Source: an uncultured Coriobacteriia bacterium
Lineage (GTDB): Bacteria; Actinomycetota; Coriobacteriia; Anaerosomatales; JAAXUF01
Assembly: GCA_963726345.1 (NCBI GenBank)
Contig: CAVSCC010000009.1
Coordinates: forward strand, 91,619 to 155,618
Reading direction: 5' to 3'
DNA length: 64,000 nucleotides
The position numbers were made by a program, and so were the translations under genes. This document shows, one piece after another, positions 45,167 through 60,093 of the stretch (its first letter is position 1; every line of letters starts with the position of its first letter). Under the pieces are notes generated by a model that searched no databases, was not told the origin of the DNA, and worked only from the letters and a program-made list of their open reading frames with translations.

Positions 45167-45895
45167 CTAGATCTCCCAGATGTAGCCCTCGAACTCGACT
45201 GCGGTGCTGCCGGGGTGGTCCTCGGCGGGCACTGCATCCTCGCCCGGCTCCTCGTCCGTCAGGGCATGCGGCACCGCGCGATGCTCGAGACGATCCATGC
45301 GACGCTGCAGACACCGAAACATCTCCACGACCGGGTCGGGCAGGTCTTCATGGTGCAGGTCGATGGAGTCGACGCGCGATCCCGCCCTCATGACCACGCG
45401 ACCCGGGACGCCGACCACGGTGCAGTTCGGGGGCACGTCATCGATGACCACCGCGCCGCCACCGACCTTGCTCCCATGGCCAACAGTGATGTTGCCCAGA
45501 ACGGCCGCGCCGACCCCGACGACCACACAGTCCTCGATGGTCGGGTGACGCTTGCCGGTCTCCTTGCCGGTTCCGCCGAGCGTGACGCCCTGGTAGAGGG
45601 TGACGTCGTCTCCCACGACCGCCGTCTCGCCGATAACGACGCCCATGCCGTGGTCGATGAAGAAGCGGGCGCCGAGCGTGGCTCCGGGGTGAATCTCGAC
45701 ACCCGTGAAGAAGCGCGCGACCTCTGACAGCCAGCGGGCAAACCCGTGGCGGTGGCGGGCCCAGAGCCAATGCGTGACGCGGTGTGCCCATATCGCATGG
45801 AGACCGGGATAGTTGAAGAGCACGCTCGCAGCCGAAGTCGCTGCGGGGTCGCGCTCCTTGACGCACCGTATGTCTTCGCGCACGCGTTGAAACAT
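45167..45895 (-). CDS. cysE: serine O-acetyltransferase
   Basis: [30 protein letters not shown]. Confidence 0.96.
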   Translation of the reverse strand: MFQRVREDIRCVKERDPAATSAASVLFNYPGLHAIWAHRVTHWLWARHRHGFARWLSEVARFFTGVEIHPGATLGARFFIDHGMGVVIGETAVVGDDVTLYQGVTLGGTGKETGKRHPTIEDCVVVGVGAAVLGNITVGHGSKVGGGAVVIDDVPPNCTVVGVPGRVVMRAGSRVDSIDLHHEDLPDPVVEMFRCLQRRMDRLEHRAVPHALTDEEPGEDAVPAEDHPGSTAVEFEGYIWEI

Positions 45896-45991
45896 CAGTG
45901 CCCGCCCGTGTTGCGAACGATAGGTGCCCGACCGGCCGAGAGGCCCGCCGTGCAGCTGCAAGTCTACCAGCACCAACCGCAGCTCGTGCGG

Positions 45992-46469
45992 CTACTCCGC
46001 TGCGGACCAGCAGCACGACCGCCTGCGCCGCCACGCCCTCTTCGCGGCCGGTGAATCCAAGGCCCTCGGTGGTCGTCGCCTTCACGCCGACCGCATCCAT
46101 GCTGACTCCCAGGGCGCCGGCGAGGTTCCTCCGCATGTCGTCTCGGTAGGGAGCGATCTTCGGCTGCTCGAGGATCAGGACGCAATCCGCGTCAGCGACG
46201 CGCCAGCCGCGCTCACGCGCGAGCGCGCCGACTGCCGCCAGAAGCTCAAGCGAGTCAGCATCGCGAAACGCCGGGTCGGTGTCAGGGAACAACCGGCCGA
46301 TGTCGCCTTCGCGAAGCGCGCCGAGCACCGCGTCTGCGAGCGCATGCGCCAAGACATCGGCGTCTGAGTGGCCGAGCAGTCCGCGCTCGTGGTCGATCTC
46401 GACACCGCCGAGCACGAGCCGGCGACCGGCGGCGAAGGCGTGCACGTCGTAGCCCAGTCCGATTCTCAT
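45992..46469 (-). CDS. ispF: 2-C-methyl-D-erythritol 2,4-cyclodiphosphate synthase (stop probably lost to an indel)
   Basis: MRIGLGYDVH, GHSDADV, GDIG, VKATTTEGLGFTGR. Confidence 0.95.
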
Positions 46470-47186
46470 ACCGCTGCTCCACTCTCCCGACGCCGCAACG
46501 CCGACTCAACCAGCGTGAGGTCATCTGCGACGGTCACCTTGATGTTGTCTCTCGGCCCCTCGACGAGCACGACGCGTCCGCCGGCGCGTTCGACGAGCGA
46601 CGAGTCATCCGTACCGACGAACCCCTCTTCGGCGGCGCGCGCGTAGGCATCGCGAAGCACCGATGAGGTGAAGGCTTGCGGCGTCTGCACCGCCCAGTAC
46701 CGAGAGCGGTCGGGGGTGGATGACACCGCCCCACCCGTCGACTATCTTGAGCGTGTCGAAGACCGGATGGCCCACGACGACACCCGCGGCGCCGGCGCTC
46801 TCATGCAGCGCCGCGAGCGTGCGGGTGACGAGGCCCGCGGTGAGGAGCGGGCGGGCGCCGTCTTGGACGAGGACCACGTCCACGGATTCGGGGACCGCCG
46901 CGAGGCCGGATGCGACAGACGCCTGGCGAGAATCGCCGCCCGGCGCGAACACGACCGGCGTGGACAGCCCGAGCGGTTCGACGGCGACCGCGCGGTATTC
47001 GTCGCCGCGGTCGGGGTGCGTCACTACGACGATCAGCTCGACCTCCGGTGCTTCGTCGAGTGCCCTGACCGTCCAGGACAGCACGGGTAGTCCGGCCACG
47101 ATTGCGAGCTGCTTGCCGCCTTCGAGTCCCGATCGCTCGCCGCTGCCTCCGGCGACGACTATGGCCGCGACTGACGGCGCGGTCAC
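46466..47186 (-). CDS. ispD: 2-C-methyl-D-erythritol 4-phosphate cytidylyltransferase (frameshifted)
   Basis: AGGSGER, GGDSRQASV, DGARPL, QTPQAF, TDD, NIKVT. Confidence 0.94.
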
Positions 47187-48289
47187 GGCTGCACGTCCGT
47201 CAACGGGACGGCGGCCGCCGGACTCCCCGCCATCTCGGCGGGTGTGCGGTCAACTACGCGCGCGAAGATCATCCTGCCCGCCGACGTCTGCAACACCGAC
47301 GTCACCTCGACGTCTGTGTCGGTGCCGACGTGGGGGCGGCCGGCCTGCACGACGACCATGGTGCCGTCGTCGAGGTAGCCGACGCCCTGCTCGGCTTCCT
47401 TGCCCTGCTTGGCGATTCGGAGCCTGATCGTCTCGCCCGGCAGGTAGGTCGGTCTGAGCGCGGATGCGGCATCGTTGAGGTTGAGGACCTCGATGCCTCG
47501 GACGCGCGCGACTTTGGCGAGGTTGTAGTCGACCGTGACGAGAGAGCTCTGGGCATCGACGGCCAGTCGCATGAGCTTGTCGTCGACCTGGGATGTCTCT
47601 GGGTAGTCGATCTCGAAGACGTCGACCGCACTCTCTGCCGGCAGACTCGAGAGCAGGTCGAGGCCCCGGCGGCCCCTGGCGCGCCGGTTGTCATCGGACG
47701 AGTCGGCCAGCGTTTGCAGTTCGGACAGCACGAACCTGGGCACGCGCAAGTTGCCCGGCATGAAGCCCAGCCTATGCAACTCGACGAAGCGCCCATCGAT
47801 CACCGCGCTCGTGTCGAGCAGGACCGACCGTTCGCCCGAGGTCTGCAGCTTCGTGGTGGCGAGCACGGGGAAGAACGCCGCGAAGTCCTTGCGTCGCGAC
47901 AGTGCGACGGCCGCACAGACGTAGGCAAGCGTGACCATCAGCAGCACCGTCACGGTGACACTGAGCCATTCGGGCTTGACGAGCCTCAGCGGGGTGGACG
48001 CCAAGAGGCCGATACTGAGACCGACGACGAGTCCGACAGTACCGAGCAACAAGTCGGCAGAGGCTACTTCGCGGAGCCTTCGCTGCGACTTGAGCCATAG
48101 GCTGGTGAGCTCGCGCCCGACGATTCCGCCGAGCACGTACCCGATCGCTCCCCCAAGAATGATCAATAGAAAGATGACGTAGTACCGAGGAAGACCGAGT
48201 TCGCTCTGCCAATCGACGACCCTGGTGACCGCGATTCCCCCGAGAAGGCCTCCGACCACGAACGTGAACCGGGATATGGCCTGAATCAT
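47183..48289 (-). CDS. yacL: membrane PIN/TRAM domain protein, YacL family
   Basis: TM helices, LDTSAVIDGR, RGRRGLD, QGVGYLDDGTMVVV, LQTSAGRMIFAR. Confidence 0.9.
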   Translation of the reverse strand: MIQAISRFTFVVGGLLGGIAVTRVVDWQSELGLPRYYVIFLLIILGGAIGYVLGGIVGRELTSLWLKSQRRLREVASADLLLGTVGLVVGLSIGLLASTPLRLVKPEWLSVTVTVLLMVTLAYVCAAVALSRRKDFAAFFPVLATTKLQTSGERSVLLDTSAVIDGRFVELHRLGFMPGNLRVPRFVLSELQTLADSSDDNRRARGRRGLDLLSSLPAESAVDVFEIDYPETSQVDDKLMRLAVDAQSSLVTVDYNLAKVARVRGIEVLNLNDAASALRPTYLPGETIRLRIAKQGKEAEQGVGYLDDGTMVVVQAGRPHVGTDTDVEVTSVLQTSAGRMIFARVVDRTPAEMAGSPAAAVPLTDVQP

Positions 48290-48384
48290 GGGAACGGCTG
48301 TTGCGGCTTATCCGCCGCTCGGCCCCCACCCCCCTTCTCGACATGGCGCCTCGAGGCGCCCCGAAACAACGAGTACCAACGCTA

Positions 48385-49492
48385 TCACACGGAAGTGTGC
48401 GCTCTGATGCGCGCAAGGCCGTTGGCGATGGCACGCGCGCGCCGCGTGCCCGACACCATCGACATCATCAAGATCGGTAACGCTGGCCTGCACCATTACC
48501 GGCAACGACCCGAAACGCTGCACGATGCGGCTCACGACGGTCGCGGGCAGCATCGGAATCTGGGCGAGCACCCGGTAGCCGCGCGTGCGCAGGTGCTGCT
48601 CGGCCCGGTCCGATGCGGTCAGCCAAGCTCATGCGCGACGGCGTCGGCCTCAAGGATACGTTCGAGCGGCAGCTCGCCCAGGCGCAGGAGCAGCGGTCGA
48701 GGCGTGCCGGAGCGACGAGTCCGCCGCGTAGTCACGCACGAGAAGGAGGTACTGCTCGTCGAGCCCGGCCGTGAGCTCATCGGACTGCATCCGGACGAGT
48801 CGCCCGTCAGTGCCGAGCTGGCCGATGTAGCGAACCACCTCGTAGGAGACGCGGCGGACCATCTCGAAGCGTCCGACCACCTCGGCGACGTCACCCAAGG
48901 TCACGAGGTCGTCGAACTCAAGGTGCGTGAGCCGGTCGAGTACCTCCCCCAGCCGGGTGCGGTAGTTCTGCAGCGTCTGAAGCGCCTGGTTGGCCTTGGC
49001 GAGCAGGACCTCTGTGTCCTCGAGCGTGAGACGCCGGCCACGCAGGTACAGGTTGATGACCTCGCGGCGCTGAGAGACCGAGATCACCAGCGCTTCGGTC
49101 TGCCTGCTGACGCGCTCGGCGGTTCGATGGCGCATGCCGGTCTCCACCGTGGGAAGCGTCGAGTCCGGGACCAAGTGCGCGTTGGCGCGGAGGATGCGCT
49201 CGGCGTTGTCGTCCAGGGTGATGGCGCCGTCCATCTTGGCCAGCTCGAACAGACGCTGCGGCGTGAACGGCGTGTCGATGAGGAAGCCGCCGTTGCACAG
49301 AGCGCCGACGCCGGAGGTGTCGCCGATCACGACAAGCGCGCCGGTCCGCGCAGCGAGAATCATGTCGAGGCCTTCTCGCAGTCGCGTCCCAGGAGCCACT
49401 TTGCGCAGCTCCTCTCGCATGAGTTCTCTTGTCTGCTGGTCGATCACGTCAGCTCCCGCCGTCTCATCGGGCTTTCGCCCTGATTCTTCCAC
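48385..49492 (-). CDS. disA: DNA integrity scanning diadenylate cyclase (frameshifted)
   Basis: APGTRLREGL, DGA and RHR DAC motifs, C-terminal HhH VDGVG. Confidence 0.93.
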
Positions 49493-49577
49493 TCATCGGC
49501 CGAGAAGGTAACCGACCTTAGCGAAGTGGCTCCCCGGCTGCATCGAACGACGTGCTGCGCGACCGCCCACGAGCGCG

Positions 49578-50931
49578 CTAGAGCAGAACGCGCAGCGCCT
49601 CCTCGGCGGTCTTCACGCGCCGAAGCCTGGCCGCGTCCGACGCGTCGAGCGAACTCGGCGCGGCCCCGAAGACCCGCTCCATCCCCAAGTTCACGGACTC
49701 CCGAATCCGGGCGCCAGCCTGTGAAACCGGGCGCACTTGGCCGGTCAGACCGAGCTCGCCGAAGGCCGCGACATCGAAGGGGATCGGGATGTCCTTGAGC
49801 GCGGAGGCCAAGCGCGAGTGCGAGCGGCAAGTCCACGGCCGGCTCGGCGATCCGAATCCCGCCAACGACCGACACGTACACGTCCTGCCCCGCGAAGGAG
49901 AGCCCCGTGCGTCGCTCCAGGACCGCGATGACCTGCAGCAGTCGAGCGGTGTCGACGCCGGTCGCCAGGCGCCGCGGCGCCGGCAGGTAGCTGGGCGTGA
50001 CGAGCGCCTGGATCTCGACCAGCAGCGGCCGAGTGCCCTCCATCGCCGCCATGACCGCAGATCCGGCGACCGTGGCTGCGCGCTCCGCAAGCAGCGCCGA
50101 TGAGGGCGAGCCAACGCCGACAAGCCCACGCTCGGCCATCTCGAAGATCCCGATCTCACTCGCCGAGCCGAACCGGTTCTTCACGGCGCGCACGATGCGA
50201 AAGGCGTGGTCGCGGTCCCCCTCGAAGTACAGGACCGCATCGACCATGTGCTCGAGCACCCGGGGCCCGGCGATCGCCCCATCCTTGGTGACGTGTCCGA
50301 CAAGCAGGGTGGTCACTCCGAGGTCCTTCGCGACTCTCATGAGACGCGCGGTGCACGCCCGCACCTGCCCGACGCTGCCCGGGGCACCTGAGAGCTCGGG
50401 GTCGAACGCGGTCTGGATCGAGTCGACCACCAGAACGCTCGGTCGACGTTCTCGGACTGCCTCCTCTACCGCCGTGACATCGAGCTCGGGCAGGAGCGAG
50501 ACGCGCTCAGAGACCGCATCCAGGCGTCGGGCCCGCAAGCCCACCTGCTGAGGGGACTCCTCGCCACAGACGTAGAGGACGTCGCTTCCACCCGCGCCGA
50601 TGGCGTCGGCCGCCTGCAACAACAGGGTCGACTTGCCGATACCCGGTTCGCCGCCGAGCAGGACCAGCGATCCGCCGACCAGCCCCCCGCCGAGCACGCG
50701 GTCCAGCTCGGCGATTCCGGTCGACAGTCGCGCCGATTCCGAAGCGCCCGCCGCCTCGAGGCCGAGAGGCACCGCAACAGCACGAGCAGCCCGCCGATCG
50801 TCGTGCGCGGGCTGCTCGTTCTCTTCGACAAATGTTCCGAACTCGCCGCAGTCGTTGCAGCGGCCCTGCCAGCGGGAAGCCTGCGCTCCGCAGTTCTGGC
50901 ATCGCCAGACGGTACGCGCCCTCGCCGCCAT
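49578..50931 (-). CDS. radA: DNA repair protein RadA/Sms (frameshift near 49810)
   Basis: CQNCG...CNDCG Zn finger, GEPGIGKST, KNRFG. Confidence 0.96.
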
Positions 50932-50934
50932 CCC

Positions 50935-53502
<2,568 letters not shown>

Positions 53503-53568
53503 GAGGAAGTGCCTCCTATCGCAACGGCCCTGTCGAAGCACCGGTTTGTTCGGCAATCTTGTATAGGG

Positions 53569-53590
53569 AGTATACCCGCCGCCACTGACG
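53569..53590 (-). promoter_or_regulatory. clpC operon promoter, near match to the RecA-NDp/PafBC-type motif
   Basis: CGTCAG-N10-TATACT. Confidence 0.5.
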
Positions 53591-53671
53591 CGCGGCCGAT
53601 GGCGCTGCATGAGCAAGTGAGGTGCCACGGATGTGAGTGTACCGCGCTCAGATTCCTGCCTGCGTGGTGCG

Positions 53672-55177
<1,506 letters not shown>

Positions 55178-55182
55178 GCGGA

Positions 55183-55650
55183 TCAGCGGCTGATCGCGAG
55201 GATCTTGTACTCGATAACCTTGCCCGAGGGGGTGGTCACCTTGACCGCGTCGCCCTTCTTGCGACCCATGATGGCGTTGCCGACGGGCGACTCGTTGGAG
55301 ATCTTGTCGTTGGAGGGGTCAGCTTCGGCCGAGCCCACGACCTGGTACACGGTCACTCCGTTGGCGGATTCGAGCTTGACCTTGTTGCCGAGCGTGACCT
55401 TGTCGCTCCTGGTGGGAGCGTCCACGACCGTGGCGCGCGCGAGGATCTGCGTGACCTCGATGATGCGGCTCTCAACCCACGCCTGCTCATTCTTGGCGTC
55501 GTCGTACTCGGAGTTCTCCGAAATGTCGCCGAACTCCTTGGCCTCCTTGATGCGCTCCCCCACCTCTCGGCGGCGGACGGTCTCGAGATGGCGAAGCTCC
55601 TCTTCGAGCTTGACCTGGCCGGCCGGCGTGAGCGCGATCTCTGTGTTCAT
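55183..55650 (-). CDS. greA: transcription elongation factor GreA
   Basis: GDISENSEYDDAK, ISNESPVG. Confidence 0.97.
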   Translation of the reverse strand: MNTEIALTPAGQVKLEEELRHLETVRRREVGERIKEAKEFGDISENSEYDDAKNEQAWVESRIIEVTQILARATVVDAPTRSDKVTLGNKVKLESANGVTVYQVVGSAEADPSNDKISNESPVGNAIMGRKKGDAVKVTTPSGKVIEYKILAISR

Positions 55651-55845
55651 GCGGTAGCTCCCGTTTCGATCGGTTGAGAATTCATGCCGCGAGTCGAGTA
55701 ACGCGAGGGCTGCCCCGGATGACGCGTCGGGCAGCCCGCAAGAATGTCCACGAGAGTATATACGAACGCGCGGCGCTGGCAAGATGCCGGGATATCGTTC
55801 CGGTTGCCGTCGCCGCGCGTCATACCGTCCATCAAGCGTGTGGTA

Positions 55846-56142
55846 CTAGGCCTCGTCAGAGTCGCCGGAAGCCGGCTTGTCCGCGGACTTCTTGGCGTCG
55901 GCCGCGGCGGGCTCGGCCTTCTTCGCCGTCGCCGCCTCAGCGTCATCGTCTTCGCCCTCGTCGAGCTTACCTTCGATGCCGTCCTTGAGGGACTTGAAGG
56001 TCTTGCCGATCGACTTGCCCAGCGCCGGCAGACGCTTCGGCCCAAAGAGGATGAGCACGATTACCAGCACGATTATCAACTCGGGGGCACCGATGCCGCC
56101 GAGGAAGGGAAGCGCGATAGCGAAGATCGGGGTCGAGATCAT
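55846..56142 (-). CDS. tatA: twin-arginine translocase TatA/E
   Basis: [26 protein letters not shown]. Confidence 0.93.
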   Translation of the reverse strand: MISTPIFAIALPFLGGIGAPELIIVLVIVLILFGPKRLPALGKSIGKTFKSLKDGIEGKLDEGEDDDAEAATAKKAEPAAADAKKSADKPASGDSDEA

Positions 56143-56221
56143 GCGTGTTCCTCCGTGTACTCCGGGTACGGCCGATACCGGTCGACCGCGTGATGACTAG
56201 CGAGTAGCGTACCACCGAAAC

Positions 56222-56878
56222 TCATGCGCTCGCCACGCCCTCGGCGCGGGACAAATAGTAGAGGGTGTGGAGCAGCTCACGGACCGGATCGGTGTTGTGG
56301 AGCGTCACGTTCCCGGGAACATGCAGGAACGCGGTCGAGTAGTTCACGATCACCCGGACGCCTGCCGCGCACAGCAGATCAGCCACGTGCTGTGCGCCCT
56401 CCGCGGGTACCGCGATGACTCCGAACAGGATCGACTGCTCGTTGACCACTCGCTCGAGTTCCCCCGTGGCGCGCACGATCAGATCTCCGATCTTGGTGCC
56501 GACCTTGCGCGGGTCGCTGTCGAAGATCGCCGAGACCACGAAACCCCTCGCCCGCAGGCCGTCGTACTGGGCGATCGCCGATCCCAGGTTTCCGGCGCCC
56601 ACGATCGCGATGCGCTGCACGTGGTCAGAGCCGAGGATGTGCTGGATGCGGTCGGCGAGCAGCTGGATGTCATAGCCGACTCCGCGCTTGCCGAACTGGC
56701 CGAAATACGCGAGATCGCGGCGGATCTGAGCGGCGTTGACCTCCGCCATCTCGGAGATCTTCGCCGAGGAGACCGTCTGACTGCCGTCCTCGCGAAGGTG
56801 GAGCAGTGCGTTGAGATAGGAGGGCAGACGCTCGATGACGCCGTGGGGAATGCGCGGATCGTGGGCGGCTGCGGCCAC
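56222..56878 (-). CDS. rex: redox-sensing transcriptional repressor Rex
   Basis: RLPSY, QIRRDLAYFGQFGKRGVGY, GAGNLG. Confidence 0.96.
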   Translation of the reverse strand: MAAAAHDPRIPHGVIERLPSYLNALLHLREDGSQTVSSAKISEMAEVNAAQIRRDLAYFGQFGKRGVGYDIQLLADRIQHILGSDHVQRIAIVGAGNLGSAIAQYDGLRARGFVVSAIFDSDPRKVGTKIGDLIVRATGELERVVNEQSILFGVIAVPAEGAQHVADLLCAAGVRVIVNYSTAFLHVPGNVTLHNTDPVRELLHTLYYLSRAEGVASA

Positions 56879-56919
56879 GGAAGAAACCCCGAATCATCGT
56901 CTCCTGGATGCCGCAAATA

Positions 56920-56937
56920 TCGTAACAAGTGTTACAA
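56920..56937. promoter_or_regulatory. putative Rex operator overlapping the rex -10
   Basis: 7-4-7 near-palindrome TTGTAAC-ACTT-GTTACGA overlapping TG-t-TACGAT. Confidence 0.6.
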
Positions 56938-58089
56938 GCTGACACAAGGGGCGCACGGCGCTGTCATTAGCGCTGGCTCTTGGAGCAGCGCCATCACGTC
57001 CGACCGCGTGACGATACCCGCGAGCCGTCCGTCAGCGACCACGAGGATCGCGCCCGTGTCCTGTCCCGCCAATCGGGACAGGACCTCTTGCACGGGTGTG
57101 TCGGCGAGCACGCTCAGACGCGACAGATCGCGGTCGGTGACCTCGATGACCTGCACGTACGGCCAGTCCGCGCGCGCAATGGACTTGGCATCGGAGAGCG
57201 ACACGACGCCCACGATCTGCCCCTCGTAGAGGACCGGATACCGACTGTGGTCCGCTCCGAGGAAGTGCTCGTGAGCGAGCTGCTCGAGCGAGATGTCGCC
57301 GGACACGTACTCGGGGTGAGGGGTCATGATCTGCCCGACAGCGACACCCTCCAAGCGGGATCTGACCTGCTGCTGGCGATAGGACGCGCCCGCAAGCCAC
57401 GCAATGAACCAGCCGAGTAGACCGAACCAGAAGAAGTCGCTTCTGCCTTGGAGTCCCGTCACCACGGCTAGCCCGACCATCGACCATCCGATGAACTGGC
57501 CACAACGTGCCGCCCATCTTGTGGCCTTCAGCATGTCGCCGGTGATCGCCCAGAGGATGGAGCGCAGTACTCGCCCCCCGTCGAGAGGGAAGCCCGGCAG
57601 CAGATTGAAGATGGCGACGAACAGGTTGATGGTCGCCAAGTAGTTGAGTGGAGCGGCCACCCACCACCCGAGGCGCGCGGTCACGGCGAAGTACAGCGCG
57701 ACGTAGCAGACACCTGCGATCAGCAGGCTCATCGCAGGTCCGGCCGCCGCCATCAGGAACTCCTTGCCCGGCGAACGCGGTTCGTCGGATATCTCAGCGA
57801 CCCCGCCGAAGATGAAGAGTGTGATCTTGTCGACCCTCCCCCCGCTCGCAAGCGTCACGAGCGAGTGGCTCAGCTCGTGGGCGAGGATTGAGGCGAAGAA
57901 GAGCAGCGCGGTGACGACGCCCAGCGCCCAGTAGACCCAGACGGGCGAACCAGCGGCACCTTGGACCTGGGGGTAGTATCCGGTGCTGAGGCTGAAGCCG
58001 ACGAGCGCGAAGATCACGATCCAGCTCGAGTTCACCTCGAACGGGATGCCGAAGATCTTGCCAACCCTCCAAGACGGTATACCGGCCAC
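56932..58089 (-). CDS. site-2 protease (M50) with C-terminal CBS pair
   Basis: HELSH, NLLPGFPLDGGR, CBS motifs; GTG start with GAGGAG SD. Confidence 0.92.
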   Translation of the reverse strand: MAGIPSWRVGKIFGIPFEVNSSWIVIFALVGFSLSTGYYPQVQGAAGSPVWVYWALGVVTALLFFASILAHELSHSLVTLASGGRVDKITLFIFGGVAEISDEPRSPGKEFLMAAAGPAMSLLIAGVCYVALYFAVTARLGWWVAAPLNYLATINLFVAIFNLLPGFPLDGGRVLRSILWAITGDMLKATRWAARCGQFIGWSMVGLAVVTGLQGRSDFFWFGLLGWFIAWLAGASYRQQQVRSRLEGVAVGQIMTPHPEYVSGDISLEQLAHEHFLGADHSRYPVLYEGQIVGVVSLSDAKSIARADWPYVQVIEVTDRDLSRLSVLADTPVQEVLSRLAGQDTGAILVVADGRLAGIVTRSDVMALLQEPALMTAPCAPCVSL

Positions 58090-58145
58090 GTAGCTCCTCA
58101 AAACGACTTCAGGCCCGGCCCGGGGACCGGGCCCTGATCGGTCTC

Positions 58146-58943
58146 CTAGAATGCGGCACCTTCGAGCGCGTGTGCACACGCGCAGTCGCGCACCGATGGC
58201 AATGCGGGAATCATGCCGTGAATGAGTTCCTTCACGCGGCTGTTGTTCTCGTTGAAGACACGGATCACTTCCTCGTTCGAGACCGGTTCCGCGCCTTCTG
58301 CACCAGCATCGTGATCCGTGATCAACGAGATATTGACGTAGCAGATCTCGAGTTCACGGGCGAGGTATGCCTCGGGATACTGGGTCATGTTGATGACCTC
58401 CCACCCCTGCGAGGCGAACCACTTGGATTCCGAGCGGGTCGAGAATCTTGGTCCTTGGATGACGACAACGGTGCCGGTGGGGTGAGCGGTGATCCCGAGC
58501 GCAGCAGCTTGGTCGATGGCGGTCTGCCGCATATTGGGGCAATAGGGATCCGCCGAGGAGACGTGTGTGGTGATGGGACCGTCGTAGAAGGTGTCCTTGC
58601 GACCCCACGTACGGTCCACGAACTGGTCGCAGATCACGAAGTGCCCCGGCTCGATCTCGGCTTGAAGCGAACCGCACGCGTTCGGGCCGATGATCTGGCT
58701 GACTCCCAGCTCTTTCATCGCCCACAGGTTCGCGCGGTAGTTGATCATGTGCGGCGGCAGAGAGTGGTCCTTGCCGTGTCGCGGAAGGAACGCGACGGTG
58801 CGGCCGCCGATCTCACCCACCATCATGGCCGAAGACGGCGCGCCGAACGGGGTGTTGACCTTGTATTCACGCGGCTCGTTGAGAAGTTCGTAGAATCCGC
58901 TGCCGCCGAAGACGCCTATCTCGGCCTGTGGGTACTCAGACAT
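58146..58943 (-). CDS. mtnP: S-methyl-5'-thioadenosine phosphorylase
   Basis: GGSG, RHGKDH, NYRANLWAM, QGPRFSTRSES, INMT, TDHD. Confidence 0.9.
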   Translation of the reverse strand: MSEYPQAEIGVFGGSGFYELLNEPREYKVNTPFGAPSSAMMVGEIGGRTVAFLPRHGKDHSLPPHMINYRANLWAMKELGVSQIIGPNACGSLQAEIEPGHFVICDQFVDRTWGRKDTFYDGPITTHVSSADPYCPNMRQTAIDQAAALGITAHPTGTVVVIQGPRFSTRSESKWFASQGWEVINMTQYPEAYLARELEICYVNISLITDHDAGAEGAEPVSNEEVIRVFNENNSRVKELIHGMIPALPSVRDCACAHALEGAAF

Positions 58944-59052
58944 GCTGCTCTCCTCGTAACGGGTATGGAAACGCGCGCCCTTCCGGGTCGCTCCTGCGAT
59001 TCTAGAGGATACCCGTCCTTGGGGCGCGGGATGACCGCAGACGCCCCTGCCA

Positions 59053-60057
59053 TCAGGCAGACCTTCTCGAATACTGCGAGTCCTCGTCAGCCCGAAACGG
59101 CCGATCGTCCTCGGCCGGTCTCGGGGCGTACAGCGGGCGCCGGAACAAGTTGCCGGCGTCGGTCCAGGATTCGTCAGCCCGCGTTGCGCCGCTGAGCAGC
59201 GCCGAGAAGCCCGCCGCCTTCGCGTCGAGGTTGTCTGCGTGGTGGAGCAGGAGCGCCTCGAATGTCGATGGCCTCTTGGGAGACCCCCACTCGAGTTCCC
59301 CGTGATGCGACACTACCGCATGCTCAAGTCGGGCGAGCCGGTCGCCGGAGATCTTCACACGTGCGCGCGAGGCGGCGTCGTGGAGCCGGTTCATGCCAAG
59401 AATCACATGGCCGAGAAGCCTGCCCTCGTTCGTGTAGCCGATCGAGACATCAAACGACAGCTCATCGACCTTGCCGACGTCGTGGAGCAGTGCTGCGGCA
59501 ACGAGCAGATCCTGATCGACGTGCGGGTACTGCTCGCCAAGCGAGCGACAGAGTGACGCGACCGCGACGGTGTGTTCCAGCAGCCCGCCGAGATGGGCGT
59601 GGTGGAAGGACTGGGCGCCTGGACATGCTGTGAACCGCTCGAAGAACGATCGATCGCCGAACACCGCGCCGAGCAGGCTCCGCAGATCCGGATCGCTCAC
59701 CGAACGAACGAGCGCCTTGAACTCGACGAGCAACTCCTCAGTCGAACGGGCTCCCGCAGCGAGAAGGTCCTCTGCGTCCCACGATGACGCCGCCTTCAGC
59801 GAGTCAACCGAGATCCGCTTGGCACCGCGGAAGCTGGTCACCGTACCGCGGACTCGCACGACGACCCCGACAGGGACTGATGACCCCTCGGGCGAAGGCT
59901 GGAAGTACACCGCCGGAATCTGACCGGTGCGATCGGCGAGTTCGAGGGCCAGATACGCCTCCGATGCCCGGGTCGCCCTGATCTCTTTCGCGCGAAGCGC
60001 AAACACGGCGTCGACCTTGGCACCCTCGGCTAGTTCGTTGACGTAGCAGGCTTTCAT
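59053..60057 (-). CDS. yhaM: OB-fold + HD-domain 3'-5' exonuclease, YhaM family
   Basis: LADRTG OB-fold, HHAHLGGLLEHT, LLHDVGK, GRLLGHV, SHHG, ADNLDAK. Confidence 0.88.
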   Translation of the reverse strand: MKACYVNELAEGAKVDAVFALRAKEIRATRASEAYLALELADRTGQIPAVYFQPSPEGSSVPVGVVVRVRGTVTSFRGAKRISVDSLKAASSWDAEDLLAAGARSTEELLVEFKALVRSVSDPDLRSLLGAVFGDRSFFERFTACPGAQSFHHAHLGGLLEHTVAVASLCRSLGEQYPHVDQDLLVAAALLHDVGKVDELSFDVSIGYTNEGRLLGHVILGMNRLHDAASRARVKISGDRLARLEHAVVSHHGELEWGSPKRPSTFEALLLHHADNLDAKAAGFSALLSGATRADESWTDAGNLFRRPLYAPRPAEDDRPFRADEDSQYSRRSA

Positions 60058-60093
60058 GATGGCGACCCTTCGATGCGGCTCTATCGTGATCGC

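Noticed and set aside
45896-45991. T-box riboswitch before cysE-cysS, as in Bacillus
   Set aside because: The spacer is too short and has no T-box (GGTGGNACC) antiterminator sequence.
45438-46469. IspF with a long C-terminal extension or fusion
   Set aside because: The extension overlaps cysE out of frame; a single indel restores a TAG near 45992.
53533-53552. LexA box in the clpC leader (CGAAC...GCTTCG)
   Set aside because: Half-site spacing is wrong (not N4) and one arm is imperfect.
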